Notes: generated from the letters alone by a model not told the origin. A stretch of 64,000 nt of DNA from Dicyema japonicum (GCA_011109175.1 RDEW01000006.1:719232-783231); one strand, 5' to 3'. Counted from the stretch's first letter, positions 23,511-37,399 are shown. Numbers and translations are program-made.

Positions 23511-24748
23511 TTAAGGGAAGCTCCAGAATTTTACAAAGTTATTGAGATATTTCAGAAATAGAGAAAAACAGAATAAAAACCAATAGAAAATAAGAAATAA
23601 CTCAATTTTTACCATTTTGCCTATAAATGGACGAAAGGGCATTAATAATCTCATAAAGCTTGGAATTTCCCCCAAAATCATCCACAATCCGTTTCAACCT
23701 CCAATCAACCCAAACCCAACTTATTCTCCAAACCAACCAAAGTCTGAACGGTATGTTCATAACTCCCAATCTCCTTAGTTCTGTCGATGCAGGCCAGTTT
23801 GTCCTCCTCCGTTTTAACCCGCTGCTTCAAGGCACGTGTGTGTTAAGGAAAATTTAGGTTAAAAAGTGAGATAATAAAAAAGGATATTCATTACATATCC
23901 ATCCAAGCCCTCAGTTAGGACCGCATGGGTGATCACATAGGAGAACTTACCCTCAGTCAAGTCAGGAGCGAGTCCCTTCTGTTCGTGGTACTAATGTTAC
24001 CCCCAAAACACACCTTCGTAGAATAAAGATCAGCAAAGTCATCCCGGATTTGAAAGAATAGGCCGAATGTGTCACAGAACTCCTTGTACTCCCTAAAAAT
24101 AAGGGATCATGGTGGTACCTTTGATCTTCACTGAACATTTGACACAGTCTTGTGATCAAATGAAAGAGTCCCCCACTTTCTAAATAGTCAATAAGCAGAA
24201 ACTAGAGATGGCCATTTTTTCGTATTCCTCGATTGTTGGGCATCGAAAAGTCCCCTAAAGTAAATGTCCATCCCCTGTCCTTCGTGTAATAAGAGCATGT
24301 GATCTGGAACTCAGATTTACTGGCACCAGAGAAGATCTGTGCTCCTCTGGGTGTCCCAGCTTCAAAATTTTGGACAAAGCCATGAAGTAGACGTAATTAG
24401 CTGAGTTCAACGTTAACGGGATCCCGTAGATTAAATGGGCCGCTAAGGAGTAATTATTATTAGGAGACCGGTTACTCCGCGACGGAGTGAGGACTCGTCC
24501 TCGATGTCGTCGATCCTGATCTGTCAAATTTAGGGGGAACTCACAGAAGGCTGGCATTATGGAGGAGACCACAGATTTCTATTATAGCGTTTAATTTTTC
24601 CGTGGGAATTTTCAACCAAACGTTAAAAGCCTCAGCATAATATTTCCTGAAATTCTTCCCGGGGACATTCTCAATGTATTTAAAAGGTGCAAGTAAAGGC
24701 TTTAAATATAAATAAATTTATCACGTTTTCTTCACTTGAATCTTTCAT
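23511..24748 (-). CDS. GGPS1: Geranylgeranyl pyrophosphate synthase; 3' end approximate
   Basis: LLAPFKYIENVPGKNFR, LHNASL, IDDIEDESSLRRG, AHLIYGIPLTLNSANYVYF and IGSYEHTVQTL. Confidence 0.92.
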
Positions 24749-24839
24749 TTAATTAAAACTATTATAATTAATTCAGAAAATAACGATTTAATGTTTTATT
24801 TTAATAAATTTTTAAATAAATTAGAATATCATTGTAGCA

Positions 24840-25010
24840 AATCTGTACTCCTGTCCGAGATACTATAAGAAACCTTCCCCTTTGTGGAGTTTAATCCGGG
24901 ATTCCAAAACTAACCACAAGAGAAAGCCTGATATGGACACCAGGATCACTTAACTTAGAGGATTACTCAAGTCCTCTTTCTTGTGATTCCGGGTTAATAA
25001 ATTAAATTAA
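24840..25010 (+). mobile_element. LINE 3'-end fragment (family E)
   Basis: Matches the reverse complement of 28856-28960; ends in a stem-loop plus GGGTTAATAAAT. Confidence 0.65.
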
Positions 25011-25289
25011 TGTAACCATTTTTAATCACGGATTATCTTTTAAATAATCTTGATCTTACCATCCGCTTTCCATCTCCCAACACGAATTAGTCAGCTATTC
25101 TATTTTAATAGACTGTCCCCGATAAGTATTATTCATATTAAAAATCACTTATTACAAAAATTGATTTTAACCATTGAATCTTTTTGACATAATGATGTGA
25201 GGTTGCCTTTTATTATACAGCGCGCAGGTCAACTGGAGGAGCCACTGAGTTTCATTAACATATATTAATATCATTAGAGAGACTTCTGA

Positions 25290-25565
25290 CTGTAATCAGA
25301 CGTTCCAACCCTCTCTTTTTATTAGACTGTCGTCATGTGATCCACCTGTCTAGGTGGGGCCCAGTGCCTGCCTGGCACGAAAAAGGATCATTTGCTCTCC
25401 CCTACTTCACTGGAGGGGTTTCCACAATTGCAAGTATGGACGTCTTTTACCCTTTATGTTGATTCCGGATGGACTCTGTTTCTGTAGAAGTGGAAACTGG
25501 ATACACTTAATTAGTTGTTTACTTTAACTTCTTTCTCAGTGTATCCGGGGTTAATAAATAAATTA
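25290..25565 (+). mobile_element. LINE 3'-end fragment (family F)
   Basis: CTGGATACAC..GTGTATCCGGGGTTAATAAAT; the same AAACTGGATACACTTAATT motif occurs near 33720 on the minus strand. Confidence 0.55.
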
Positions 25566-25589
25566 GTATGTGGACCAGATTGAGCAATC

Positions 25590-25790
25590 ATGCAGCATGA
25601 AGGGTTGAAGCTCTCTGCTGAAAAGTCAAACGGCGCTGCACTCCGAATAAAAAGTGTGAAAAAGCACCTGAAACAAGATTACACATTGATAGTAAACAAT
25701 GCATGCAGTCTGCGCTAGCCTGGACTATGGGACATGAACGACATAAGGGGAGGATAAAGAGAGCTTTTCAGTCGCTCCTATGTACACAAA
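25590..25790 (+). mobile_element. Fragment of the I-group LINE
   Basis: DNA similarity to 4670-4890. Confidence 0.75.
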
Positions 25791-27346
25791 AGATACACGT
25801 TCCTTCACGAGACGTCTCCAAAAATCATTTGCTCTCTCCACTTCGCTGGAAAGGTTCTCACAACTGCAAAGATTGTGTTTTCTTCTTTTCCGTTGGTTCT
25901 GAATGGACTTTTGTGACATTCAAAGGACTATCTTCTTCTTCGACCATGGGAACTTGATACAGTTAACTCAGTAATCAGCTCTTGTAATTGAGAGCTTATT
26001 ACCTCTTACTATTTGTATGAAAATCCGCTCAATCCATTTATTTAAAATGTTTCTTAGTGGTCTTAGGGTTTAATGAATAAATTAAAATGTTAATTTACTT
26101 TCCAATATCATTTTTGATATTTTCTGGGAAAAAAACATTTTTGATTTTTTTAATTTATTAATTCATTTATTCGAAATTATTTTAATAAAAATAATGTTGG
26201 TCGACAATTTGTACAACCGGCATTAACCTAGCTAGTGAATCGTGTTCGATGGTCATTTCCCGCTCCTCTCTTCAGAAACTGTGCACAATCTAGGAAGCCG
26301 CCAAAAGATTAATTGGCCGATATTTTTTGTCTGCCCCTTTGGAAACAGTTTTTATTGGTCGATGACAGAAGATGGTGAGGGCAGCCACTCTGTTTACCAG
26401 CCCCCTATATGAAGCCATGACAAATACCTTTAAAACCGTCCTAGATACGAGGTAGCCACATGTCCTTTCTAGATAGCCATCCAAGATTCTCGTCCACGTA
26501 GGATAGGACCTCCCCTTGTATCGCTTTGGGGTCACTTAATTAGTTGGGAACTGGAAGGAAATAACGGGAATATTCGCTGTGAAAATAATGTGGAGATGAC
26601 TGAATATTTAAATTAACCTTTCTCTTTAGCTATAAAGTTAATATTGCGGTTTTTATTCCTTGCTGATGAAAGAATTTACCTTTCTAAAAAACGAAACAAA
26701 AAAGTAGAGTTTGATGGCCACGTGGCTATACATGGTTATTAGAAGCATTCCAATGTTATCGTGCTTCATTAATCCCCAAACCCTTCTTTACTTTCTTCTG
26801 TGAACTACTTCCGGCTCTCATTATTAGCAGCATACATATATCTCGTACTGTCTGCTTCTGACAGATAATCCTCCTTGGCTGATATTCGAACTCGGATCCT
26901 ATGTGTTCCTTGCACTTTTTTCTCAGAAATTTAGGTTTCCAATGTCTCCGAAATCTTTCACCTCGTTCATGTGGCAAGAAGCAAAACAGTGACTTTCATC
27001 CATCATGTACATTACCACTTCAACCTACCGACCAATCAGCCACTTAATCCGAGACCCCCAAGAGTCAAACAGTGATTTCCAATCGCTCAATAACAGACAA
27101 TTCAAATATGTTTATGAAGAAATTTAATGGAAAATAAATGATTTATCATATTAACTGACGATTCTTGAATTAAATTAGGTTGCTAACCTCAACTTTAATT
27201 TATTATCACCGGAACCACAAGAAAAATGATGTTTTTAAAATAAATGTTCAGATCATCTTGGAGTAATTTATTGTTTAAAAATTTTAATATTTAAATATTT
27301 TTTTATTAGAATTAGTTTTATAGGTTTTTAAATTTTTAGGAAATTA

Positions 27347-28751
27347 ATGGTGTTTTTATCACGTATAGTGGAACCTCTGCTTTTTATTTCCACATTTATG
27401 CTGGCTTTGGACATTAATACCATCAGATCACTGATTTATGAAAAAAATTGCGCTGAAATATTCTCAGACTGTTCATTTTTGAGATCCAAAAATTTAACCG
27501 ATGGCCTAACTTTTGCCAAGAGAAATCTTGTTCAGCAAAATTCGAGTAATTTCTTCTCATTATATGGATTCCTGTCTACTCTAATTCCCCTTTTCACCGG
27601 TCTTTACTTTGGATTGGAAGTGGACAACGGAAAGTTCATGAAATCATGGATTCTGTCAATTTTAACGTTTTTTATTGGCTTCATTGGCTACATTATAATT
27701 ATGACCTTCAACCTCAAAATTGAGTATTTCTACCTGGCTTGTCTGGTGAAATCAGTCTTTGGGGGAGAGATCGTATTCATGATGACATGCTTCGCCTATA
27801 TCGTCAAAAGCGTTCCCTCGAGGACCGTTTCATGGAGAATCATACTGGCTGACACAATCGCCATGCTGGGATTTATAGTCGGCACGATTTTGGCGGGTTT
27901 TATCGCTGATAGTAAAAACTATGACATCTCCTTTATCATCGTTTGCTCCTTATGTTTTGTCTGCGTTATCTACCCAATCCTGTTTCTCTCAGATCTTAGT
28001 ATCCCCAACCTCCAAATAATAAATCAGTCATTTCCCGAGTCAGGTATTTGAATTCCGTAATATTCGTAGATCCATGTTTTCCCTGTTTTCGTCGTCTAAC
28101 ACCAACAGAGTGTTCCTTCTGAGTTACATGATGCTGTATTTGACCGTGTTCTTCCCGTTTGAAGGTATTCTGGCTATTTATGCAGGATATTTGATAATCT
28201 CTTATTTGTACGTTAGCGATGACCCATTCTTGATGAATAATACTGATTACTCCTATTTTACTGCCGCAATTGGGGTGGGTTCCTTTCTTTCGGGTTATTT
28301 GGAATCTTCATGATCAGCAAGATACATGTGAGCATCAAGAAACTCTCAGTCACAGCGGGAATAGTAGCGTGTTCCGGGTTTCTGATATCTGGGATGCCAA
28401 CACTCGTCTTTTAATTTATATCGGTTAATACATGACGTTTATGGTAGGAGGACTCTTATACTCTGTTACTTCCCTCAATCTTGCTAACACAAAGACCATT
28501 CTTGTGTCCTTGGTTGATGAACATGAAACTGGTACTATTTTGTGTATATTTTAGGGCGGCTTTTTGCGTTGATATTCATGTGCAAGAGTGTTCTAATGTT
28601 GGTCATAAGTCCTGTTGTTATGGCTATATATTCGGCCTCTTTGAATGTAAATGGAGGGATCATTTTCTTAATATACTCTGGCTTTTCTTTCACAGTTGTA
28701 GTTTCATTTTTATTCGCTAAAATACCTCAGAATGAAATTCTTGATTTCTAA
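27347..28751 (+). CDS. MFS transporter, SLC46 (PCFT/HCP1-like) family; multi-exon
   Basis: IVEPLLFI at the N-terminus, about 12 hydrophobic segments, VFGG..VFM..CFAYIV..RTVSWRI; 26-nt intron 28044-28069. Confidence 0.8.
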
Positions 28752-28799
28752 TAATAATTCTTATTTTTGTTTCTTGCAGTTACAATTAGTGGTTTGGCT

Positions 28800-29290
28800 A
28801 TTTATTTTATTAACCTTGAAGTCATGAGAAAGGGGATAAAAGTTATCGTCTAATTAAGTAATCCCGGTGTCCACACCAGTCCTTTTCATGCGGTTAGTTT
28901 TGGAGTCTTGGATTAATCTCCACAGGGAAAGGTTTCTTCTCATATCTCGGGCAGGCGTTTATATAGTTTGATGTCGAGGGGATGGTCAGGGACTTTGCCA
29001 TCTTGAGGATTGATAGTCTTCTTAATGGGAAGCGGGGAGTCATATAATTTTATTGTGGTGTTGCCGTATTTCTTTTCATGCTGAGGTAAACTTCATTACA
29101 TGAGACTTTCTGGTGATATATTCAGACGGTTCTTCACGAACCAAAGATCCATCAGGTTTAGTAGATCTTGCACGGACCGTGTCGCCTCCTCGATTCTTCG
29201 ATGTTTCACTGCGATCACTAGATCATCCGCATACGACAAAAGAATTGTGTTTTGGTGGTTGGGGATGGGCTATTAAACCACATACCTCAC
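28800..29290 (-). mobile_element. LINE (family E), RT-to-3' fragment
   Basis: ILLSYADDL near 29225; 3' end shared with 24880-25000. Confidence 0.7.
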
Positions 29291-30158
29291 TTAATATTTA
29301 AAATCAGAAATATCAGAAATAAATGAATATTTATTTAAAAAAATAAATTAAATAATATTTATTGTCACCGGTTGAAAACGATTTCAGGGTTAGAAAAACT
29401 ATTTCAATTAGCTAAGTGAAATATTAAAAATTCTCAATTATTTTTTAATAATCTTAGTATTTATTAATTTAGATTTTAGATTTTTGTATAAATTTAAATT
29501 ATAAAGAAAAGTTTACTTTTTAGATTGGTTTACCTCTTATGAAATAAAAGAAAATTTAGAGCTTGCTAGTATAAGTTTTTTTGTTGTTAAGTTAGTTGTT
29601 TTGACGCTCGAGAGAAAGAATGAAATTATTACTTTTCTGAAAAATGGTGTTTTATCTTATGGAATGATACGGAATATGTCGAATTTTTAGATTTTTTTGA
29701 TTAAAAATAATTTGTTGTTTAATATTTTAAAATGATTTCTTGTTTATCCGTCAATATTAGTATAAAAACAACATCTAAAAAAAATAATTTATCAAGAGTA
29801 TGTAGCAAAGTGTAGGAATCTAAAAAATATAATTTATCTGGAGTATGTAGCAACCTCACATTTCATATTTGTTTTACGAGGAGTATGTCGCAAATTCCGA
29901 AACGTGAGTACATACGACGACATTTAATTTACTTTTAACTAAAGACTTTTAGTAAAGTATCTTTAGAATTCGATCATAGTTGGAAATGTTTAGGGAAATT
30001 TACATTTTTAGGGTTTAATGCTTTTAGATCATTATCATCGTTAGAAATGCTTTATGGCAAAATATTATGTCTTTAAAATTTATATATTAAAAACCATATT
30101 ATTTAAATTTTTTTTAAATTTTTTTAATTTTTAAACCAACACAAATTTATTCTTTAAT

Positions 30159-31430
30159 TTAAAACTGCCATCCATCCAAGTAGACCCACCGACATTATCG
30201 ACGTTGCGTTGCCTCTTACGATTGCAACAAAGATCAACTGGAGTAGCCACCGGGTCTCACGTGCGTCGTGGCTTTTTAGTGTAACTAAACGTCCAAGTTT
30301 CTTTAGGAAGCTAAGCGATTTTCCACTTATTCCTCCAGTTGTCTCAACCACTATCGGATAAAACGCGAATCGGTCGGGTAGCGCTTCGTATTTTTTCTCC
30401 TTTGCCTCATCTCGTTTTTTCCGTAGAATACAGTGTATCTACCGCGCTCCCGACAATGTTGGACTAACAAAGCGTGTCGACACAAGTAGCGTCCCAGACC
30501 AAAGGTTTCCCCTCTTAAAATGGGAAAATTGTGATCCCGTCGGGACGTTTTCCCTCTCCTCTGTCCAGCCAACAGGTTCTAGTATGGCTAGATGTCCCGC
30601 AGACTCAAGGGCTTGCTTGACAATTTCCTTGATCGCCTGTGTGAATCGTCCTGCACTTCTTCGACAAGAGAGGGCATGGTGTCCATAACAATCGACGGTT
30701 GCGCCACACCGGCATTTGTGAGTCCGGCAAATCTCCAGTCCAAGTCTGGTGGAGATGCCGATGCGGACAGTATCGTCGTCAAGGTGGGTCCCGACACTGC
30801 CAACTGGGAGTGCATTGATCCATGCGCCAGATTCGCATCTTAGACAGGCACGTCTGTGTTGGTTTGATTGGTTCAGAAGCCTCTCATATTTATCCTCGCA
30901 GATGGTCCTGCAACGATCTTTCTGCTCAGGCATCATCTCTTTCAAATGCTCCATCTCTGTGATTTCAGATGATTCTGTTTGGAGTTGGAGAATCATCCTG
31001 ATCAGCAGTCGGCTGGAGCCCAAAGAGGATAGATAAGCAGGGCAAGCCAGATCTTTCGTTGAAGGGATTCCCAGTCCGCCCAGGCTAACGGGTAGGGTCG
31101 CTTGGTCCCACCCTTGGTCGTCAAATTTCACATTTGTAATACGTTCAATAGTACTCCGGAAGAGGGAATCGATAGCATCGAGCTGTTGTATTTTCAAGTA
31201 GCAGGGTGCCCCCGAAGAACGTAGTTCAGTTTCTGTGCTGATAAGGCGTTTCTCAGGCGGAATAGGGAGGTGTGTGCGTCCAGCATCTCCAGACGTCTGA
31301 ATGTTGTTTTTAGTTGATGTTCTTTTGTTCTTAGAGTGTTACTGATTCCAGCATCAGTAAGAGGGCATCCAAGTATTTCCAGTTGTTCTAATTTGGTTTC
31401 TGTGGCTTTCGGAATGATCTCTCTGAACAT
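30159..31430 (-). mobile_element. CRE-type non-LTR retrotransposon, 5'-truncated (thumb, CCHC, RLE)
   Basis: WDQATLPVSLGGLGI, ESGAWINALP..LGL..HKCRCGATVDCYGHHALSC, frameshifted PDG/WDATC region; lacks the RT core. Confidence 0.9.
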
Positions 31431-31835
31431 ACAAAAAATCAGATCCCATTCAAACTGTGGAAATCCAAAATTGGTAACTTCATACTAATTAGTGTTTAGA
31501 GTTAGGCATAGGGATTCCAATTGTACTATCAGACTTTTCAAACAATTAGTACATTCTTCGGATTGCCGCCCATGGTGCATGATTTAAATTATATTATTAT
31601 TTGTCTTTTTTAAAGTAACTCTAAGAGATATATTCATTTTACTTTTCTTCATTACTAACAGCCTCGCTTGTTTTACTGTCCGAGCGGCAGTAATATAATG
31701 GTTTGTTAAGCTCTGATACTTATTGGGTCTTATTTAACTGTCTCAACCGGTAACCGTTACTTTCGGTCATACGGTTAACGGCTTTAACGGTTAAATCGAT
31801 TTGCGGACAGTTCGTTGTCAGCCGGTCACATTTAT

Positions 31836-31925
31836 TAATTAACCCCAGGCTTAAATATTTTGTAAGCCCAGCACAGAGTCACAACTAATTAATCCAAGAT
31901 GTAACCCAAATCTTATTGAGGTGAT
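31836..31925 (-). mobile_element. LINE 3'-end fragment (family B)
   Basis: Reverse complement matches 16011-16060. Confidence 0.6.
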
Positions 31926-32369
31926 GAGCATGCGATATTTTGAATGTTTTCTGGGAGACATTTTTCGATATCTCTTAATTTTAAAACTATTTCAGCCTCG
32001 CTTAGTGACACAGGTACTTTTCTTCTTGTTCCTCATGGAAATGGTCTTTCCTCTTGATCGATTGTTTCTTTCATAATAATCAATTGAATTCAATTCTTCT
32101 ATCTCAATTCTCAAAAAAATAAGATAAAATAGTCATCCATGCCCTTTTAGAATTGTAGTAGGAAACAAAACAGTTATAATCATATGGGTTGGACTCACCA
32201 GAAGATATGGGAATGATCGTTGAAGGCGGTGCTGTTCAAGGATGTTGTTTGCTTGAAAGTCTAAATGATCAAATTCAGGAAAGAAAGACCCAACCCATGA
32301 CTATTCAAACTATTTACTACTAGCCTGATAGTGTGAGTGAGCCAGGTTCAACAATAATAACATCAGAGG

Positions 32370-32690
32370 CCACAGTTACACAAACTAACTAATCACGTGA
32401 TCTCAGCACGCTCTAGCAGGAATCTTGGCCCGATGCTTCTCCCTCGACACCACACAAGAACGTATCGGTAGAGTGACTGGATCTTCACAGTCATGACGAC
32501 GCGTTCCATGGTTTATTCATATCATGGTTTCAACAGGTATTGGTGCCTGGAACTTTCCAGAAATCCAGCGTTCCGCGATTTTGGAGGCTCTTTTTCTGCT
32601 AGCCTAGATCTTCAAGACATTTGTCCAAAAGATGAATAGCCCCCAGATGCCACATTTGTAAGAAAGGCTCAAAAAGAGTTAATTGACTGT
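32370..32690 (-). mobile_element. Ingi-like LINE 3' fragment
   Basis: Similar to 5500-5720. Confidence 0.7.
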
Positions 32691-32699
32691 TATTGTTTT

Positions 32700-33620
32700 T
32701 TAATTATTATTATTGCCCCCAGGATCACTCGGTCAAAAAGAAAGAAAAGTTCTCATCTAACTAAGTGATCCCAGACCGACAAAGGAGAGGACGAGTCTGG
32801 CGGGGTCGAGAATCCTGAACAGCTCTTTTCATTGGACATGGCATCGGTTCAAAATTTCTGTATTATTGTAGTTATTCGATAGTGTATGGAATAGAGGGCA
32901 GCTCGGTAAAATAGCCTCCTTTGAGAGTTTCCGTTGTAATTCGATTAAGAAATTTTCAATGGGTTGGATTTTGTGTTCTGGTCCAATTAACCTTATTGCA
33001 GTCTCCTCGATTGCGGATAGTTTCAATGAGGAAGATCGTGAGATCTGCATTGCCCATGAAGGACTTGCATATGTCATCGTTGGTCGGATAAATTGTTCAT
33101 AACTCGTGGCAAGGCCACCAGTTTGGTCTCTAAGTGTTTTTGAGAGCACTTTTAAAATCCTCATTTTCTTCAGAGCAGAAGTTACTTTGTTTTCAACATG
33201 CATTCCTATCATATTGTTACACATCATTGAAAACTAAACTTTTAAAATTTTTATATTTAAATCTTTATTGAATTTATCCAAAAATCCATAAGAATTTTTA
33301 AAATTAATCGGCATACGCAAGGGTTATCGAATTTTCGTCAGAACCAATTGGAATATCGTGGTAGAATAAGTTAAAAGCGACGGTGACAGGGGAACCCTGT
33401 GGCACGCCGTTTAGAAGAAATTTTGTGACCGATTGGCAGGGTTTTGCTCTTTCCTCTTCGATCAATGAGAAAGTTCCCGAGCCATCTTTTGAAAATGTAG
33501 GGAATTTTCGAGCAGCAGATCTTCCCCTTAAGATTTTTCTAGCGACCATTTCATCCAACAAAGACATCTGGAGTTCGAATCTGAAACTCGTTAATTCAAT
33601 GATTCTTTAGTTTTCAAACC
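32700..33620 (-). mobile_element. Ingi-like LINE (family H), 5'-truncated
   Basis: NGVPQGSP..FNLFYHDIP..AYAD; FIRPTMTYASPSW; stem-loop and (TAA)n tail. Confidence 0.85.
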
Positions 33621-33679
33621 GACGGAGATAACAAGAGAACAAGGTTTTTTAGAAGAACCACATAACCTGACTCTCGATA

Positions 33680-33940
33680 TTTAATTTTTGATACGCCGAG
33701 AAACGAGTCAAGAATAATTAATTAAGTGTATCCAGTTTACACGGTCCCTGAGAGGCCGATCCTTCTAAGCGCACAACTCCAGACATAACGACAGCTTAGT
33801 GGACAGCGTCTGTGAGTACCCACTATCTTTTGACAGCAGGCGGATGACATGTTACTAATGTCTTTGTTTTCGAATAAATGATCCCCTTGAAATGATAATA
33901 CCCCTTTGATGTGAATTACACATGTTATTTCGTTAATCAT
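33680..33940 (-). mobile_element. LINE 3'-end fragment (family F-like end)
   Basis: Terminal motif CTGGATACACTTAATTAATT. Confidence 0.45.
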
Positions 33941-33999
33941 ACGATTTTAACCAATTTTATAAAAAACAGACAAATTTGGACCAATTAACTGTAAGATTA

Positions 34000-36040
34000 T
34001 TGTTAAACAATGGAATCAGACCAGACTTCCAATGGCAGAGATACTGAGCACTGTCGCGGACGATGGGGTTCAACACCGCTGAGTAAGCCATCTCGCTTTA
34101 TTTCAATTGTCTTAACGATATTTAGGTCAAAGTTGGTCTGACCCTTCTTTATATAGGGGTAGCTATGCTGGAAAGTGACTACCCATAGAACCGTGGGTCT
34201 TTTTAAATTGATGACTAACGCCCTACAGAAGTCCATTAATTGAAAGATTAAACAAATCACTAAACCCTGTAATTAGTTATTCCCGAGGTCAAAATGCATT
34301 GATGTCCCCACAAGTTCAGTTCACCACGTGACTATTATCACTTGAATCATAAGTGTTATTGTAATCATTTATCCCAATCGCTGAAAGTCCTCTATGGTAG
34401 AGTTACCCCAACTAGTCCTTATCCACGTCTTTTCATGAAAATCCACTATATTTCTCTATCTCTTCAAAAGATGATTGAAACTTAATTTTTGAGCATAAAT
34501 TAGTGTCTACATACTGATGATCGAGAAACATGGTAGTTATTGGATTGGTGGGGAACGTTGGACGGAAATCATATTTGCCCCCTCAGGGGTGGTATAAAAA
34601 TTATAAATTTTTTGGTATTTCTTAGTAAGATTAAGTCAGAAGATATCAATAATGGCATAACAACCTGAAATAGGTTTATCCAGTTCCCCAGGTGGAGTTG
34701 GACACGTCCTTTCAAAGAATCACATCGATCCATGTCCGCCATTGTGAAAACCCTTCCACTTGAGTGTGGAAAAAAGGTCCTTTTTGCACTGGGTCTCTCA
34801 TGACTTAGGTGAATCCCATGACGCCCATTCAAGAATGAATTTGCTTAATCGATTCAAATGGCTTCAATTTTTGTGAATTCCGAAAAATCTAACTTTTCTG
34901 TATAAAATTCTTGAACTCATCTTACAAATGGCTTTGTATGCCATTCAGTTCCCAAAGTATTTCCCTGCTAATTAGCCTTCCAGTAGCCATATAGGTAACC
35001 ACGAATGGAATATACTTTTGTAGCCATCTCAAGCACTCTCATGGTTCTCATAAAGTAATCCAAATAAAGATGTCCTCTCTTAATTTGTTGATGATTTTTG
35101 AAAAGATAATCCCTCGCCTTTGGTCTCAAGATCAGTGAATAGCCATCACTTATACGCAACTTAGCGTTATGATCTTCTCGTCGCTTGTGCAGCACCAGGC
35201 ACAATTTTTCAGTGAGACTCCTCCACAATCCCTGAAAAGCATCAAGTCCCTCTACTTCATTTGGAATCCCTTAGGTCTTATTGGATTGCAACGGGTAGTG
35301 TGTATCTCGTTCGTCCTCGATATCCTCAAGTGAACTCTGCTTCAATCACACCGTAGGTACCGTTGGATCCATTCTGAAGATATGCCAAACAGTGCCATCA
35401 CTTGTTGAGAACATAACCCTTCAATGATTGATTTGGTCTTCCACCCCCATTAGAATAAATGGATTAAAAATACTACCCATTGGGTTACCATCGAAAATAC
35501 ATTTAATTGATTATTTCTTATCATAAATATTAATTAAATACATTTATTTGGCATGCACGAGTTGATAAACAAAGTCTCCAATTATAATCTTATTATTCGC
35601 CTAAGACGATTTCAGACTTAAAATCGAATATTTTAAATTCCCACAAAACAGCCACAATTAAGCTTAATTAATATCTAATAGGTAAAACATCTGTCGACCT
35701 TGAAATCCAGACTATCCACCACATTCCAAAAATGCATGGACATTTCCTGAACAAAGTCTGGTAGCAAACACGAAACTACATGCAAGCTATTAAATAGTCG
35801 AATAATGTCAAATTCCTATCAGTTGTCAATCACGAGTCAATTATATGTATTGGCTGTTCCCATAAATGCCTGCAAAGCATAATTATCAATTGAATTATTG
35901 CCATTTTCTTTATAGGTTAAGTATTTCCCACGCTGTCTTATCTATTCAATGAATCTGTGGTCTGTGGCCTTTTGAAGGTCATTTCTAATAGCACGTGATT
36001 CCCCCTCAGCTCATATTTATACTCAATTTGAATTATTATC
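34000..36040 (-). CDS. Probable multi-exon host gene(s), unidentified
   Basis: Several open, protein-like minus-strand exons (34968..35228, 34569..34832, 34003..34260) without TE motifs; boundaries uncertain. Confidence 0.4.
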
Positions 36041-36123
36041 ATGAGAATGTGCGCAATTATCATTTTCTTCGATTTTTTGCTTAATGCTTAAATAAAATTG
36101 GCCGTCACTACACCGATTTGAAT

Positions 36124-37250
36124 ATGAATAATCTTGTCGCTGTTCCCGACGATCAGACACTTTTTAAATCAATGATGATATTCTGCCCTGAGTGCTACGA
36201 GACTGTTATTAAGGCACATGCCATGAGATATTTGAATGTGGGGGATACTTATAAGTTCATGGAAATCAAACAAACACAAAACTGGACGGATAAACTACAT
36301 TTCTCTAAGACTTCGCGGAAGAAGGCCAGAACTATTGGTTTCCCCAATATTTTATCATAGAGGACAAAAAGAGGTGGAAGAAACTGGAGAATCTCAAATT
36401 GATAATCTCACACTTGTCGAATCAGGAAGGTAGTATGAAATGAGTAACTTCAAGTAATCTCCATCAACGGACTTTTCCGTGTTAACGGAAACTGGCACCG
36501 CCTCAAGGAAATTTGCAAATACATGGAAACAGCTAATGGGGATTTGGCCGGTCTCTCACCAGACAAATATAGGCCATACGACTTCGCCTCCGCATTCAAA
36601 AATATGCTAAAAATCACAAACCCAAGATATTTCAGCCTGAATTTGAACGAGATTGCTCACAATCATTCCAAGTACCTTGAAAGTGATATTTTAGATATTA
36701 ATGTATCAGATAAGGTTACAGCAATTTCACTTCTGATTCGACTCCTTCCCGAGTACCTCCAATCCGTTATATTCACTTTATTCACATTCTTGAAGAAGTC
36801 TCTGAAAATAATGTTAATATGAAGCCCTTCGTGCTTTCCCGGCTTTTTGCTCCTTCTTTAACCGTATTTTTGTTTAAACATCCAAGGACTCTGATTTGGA
36901 CGACTTAGTCAGAATGATTCCTGTTATCGAGCTTATGATTGAGTATGGAGACAACCTCAACACGGTATGTTGTTGGGTTGTATTTATAGCTTCCTGAAGA
37001 TATCATGACTGAACTGAAGATTCTGTTGTCGAGACGACTTGAGATACAAGCGGGTAGTCTTTGCTTTTTTTAAAAGACTGGGACGTCAGGCTAAGGTTTG
37101 TGATTACATCGGTGAGGATCAACAGGTAGAACTCAATAAATGATCTTGATTTAACACATTATGACTCATAAACCTAAAATATCAGAAAGCATCAATCTTG
37201 CAGCATGAAAATAGATTATTACTGTGTTATTCAACCTCAGAAGTTCAGGT
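36124..37250 (+). CDS. Rho GTPase-activating protein, ARHGAP19-like; 3' end approximate
   Basis: GLFRVNG, YRPYDFASAFKNML, AISLLIRLLP..IFTLFTFLK and SRLFAPSL (RhoGAP domain). Confidence 0.8.
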
Positions 37251-37399
37251 CTTATAAAACTACATCGACTATACGGAAGGGAAGAATGGAGACTATTTCC
37301 AAATGGTTTGATAAGTCCAACTGGTGACGGGTTATCATTGAACTAAATGCCTCACCCGCATGACGGAAGTATCCTCGTGTCTTTTCGCTTGTGGGGACG

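Noticed and set aside
26200-27000. Short ORFs (KYRPINLL; RHWKPKFLRKK)
   Set aside because: The first is probably a decayed RT scrap; the second could not be assigned or spliced into a gene.
28780-28860. Possible exaptation of an antisense LINE 3' end as the last exon of the SLC46 gene
   Set aside because: The transporter already completes about 12 TM segments and stops at 28751; the LINE simply lies downstream.
31745-31800. TAACCGTTA/TAACGGTTA inverted repeat, possible MITE
   Set aside because: No TIR pair, TSD or second copy found.
34513-34545. Hammerhead-like CTGATGA..GAAA
   Set aside because: Only 4 nt lie between the cores, so stem II is impossible, and stem I does not pair.
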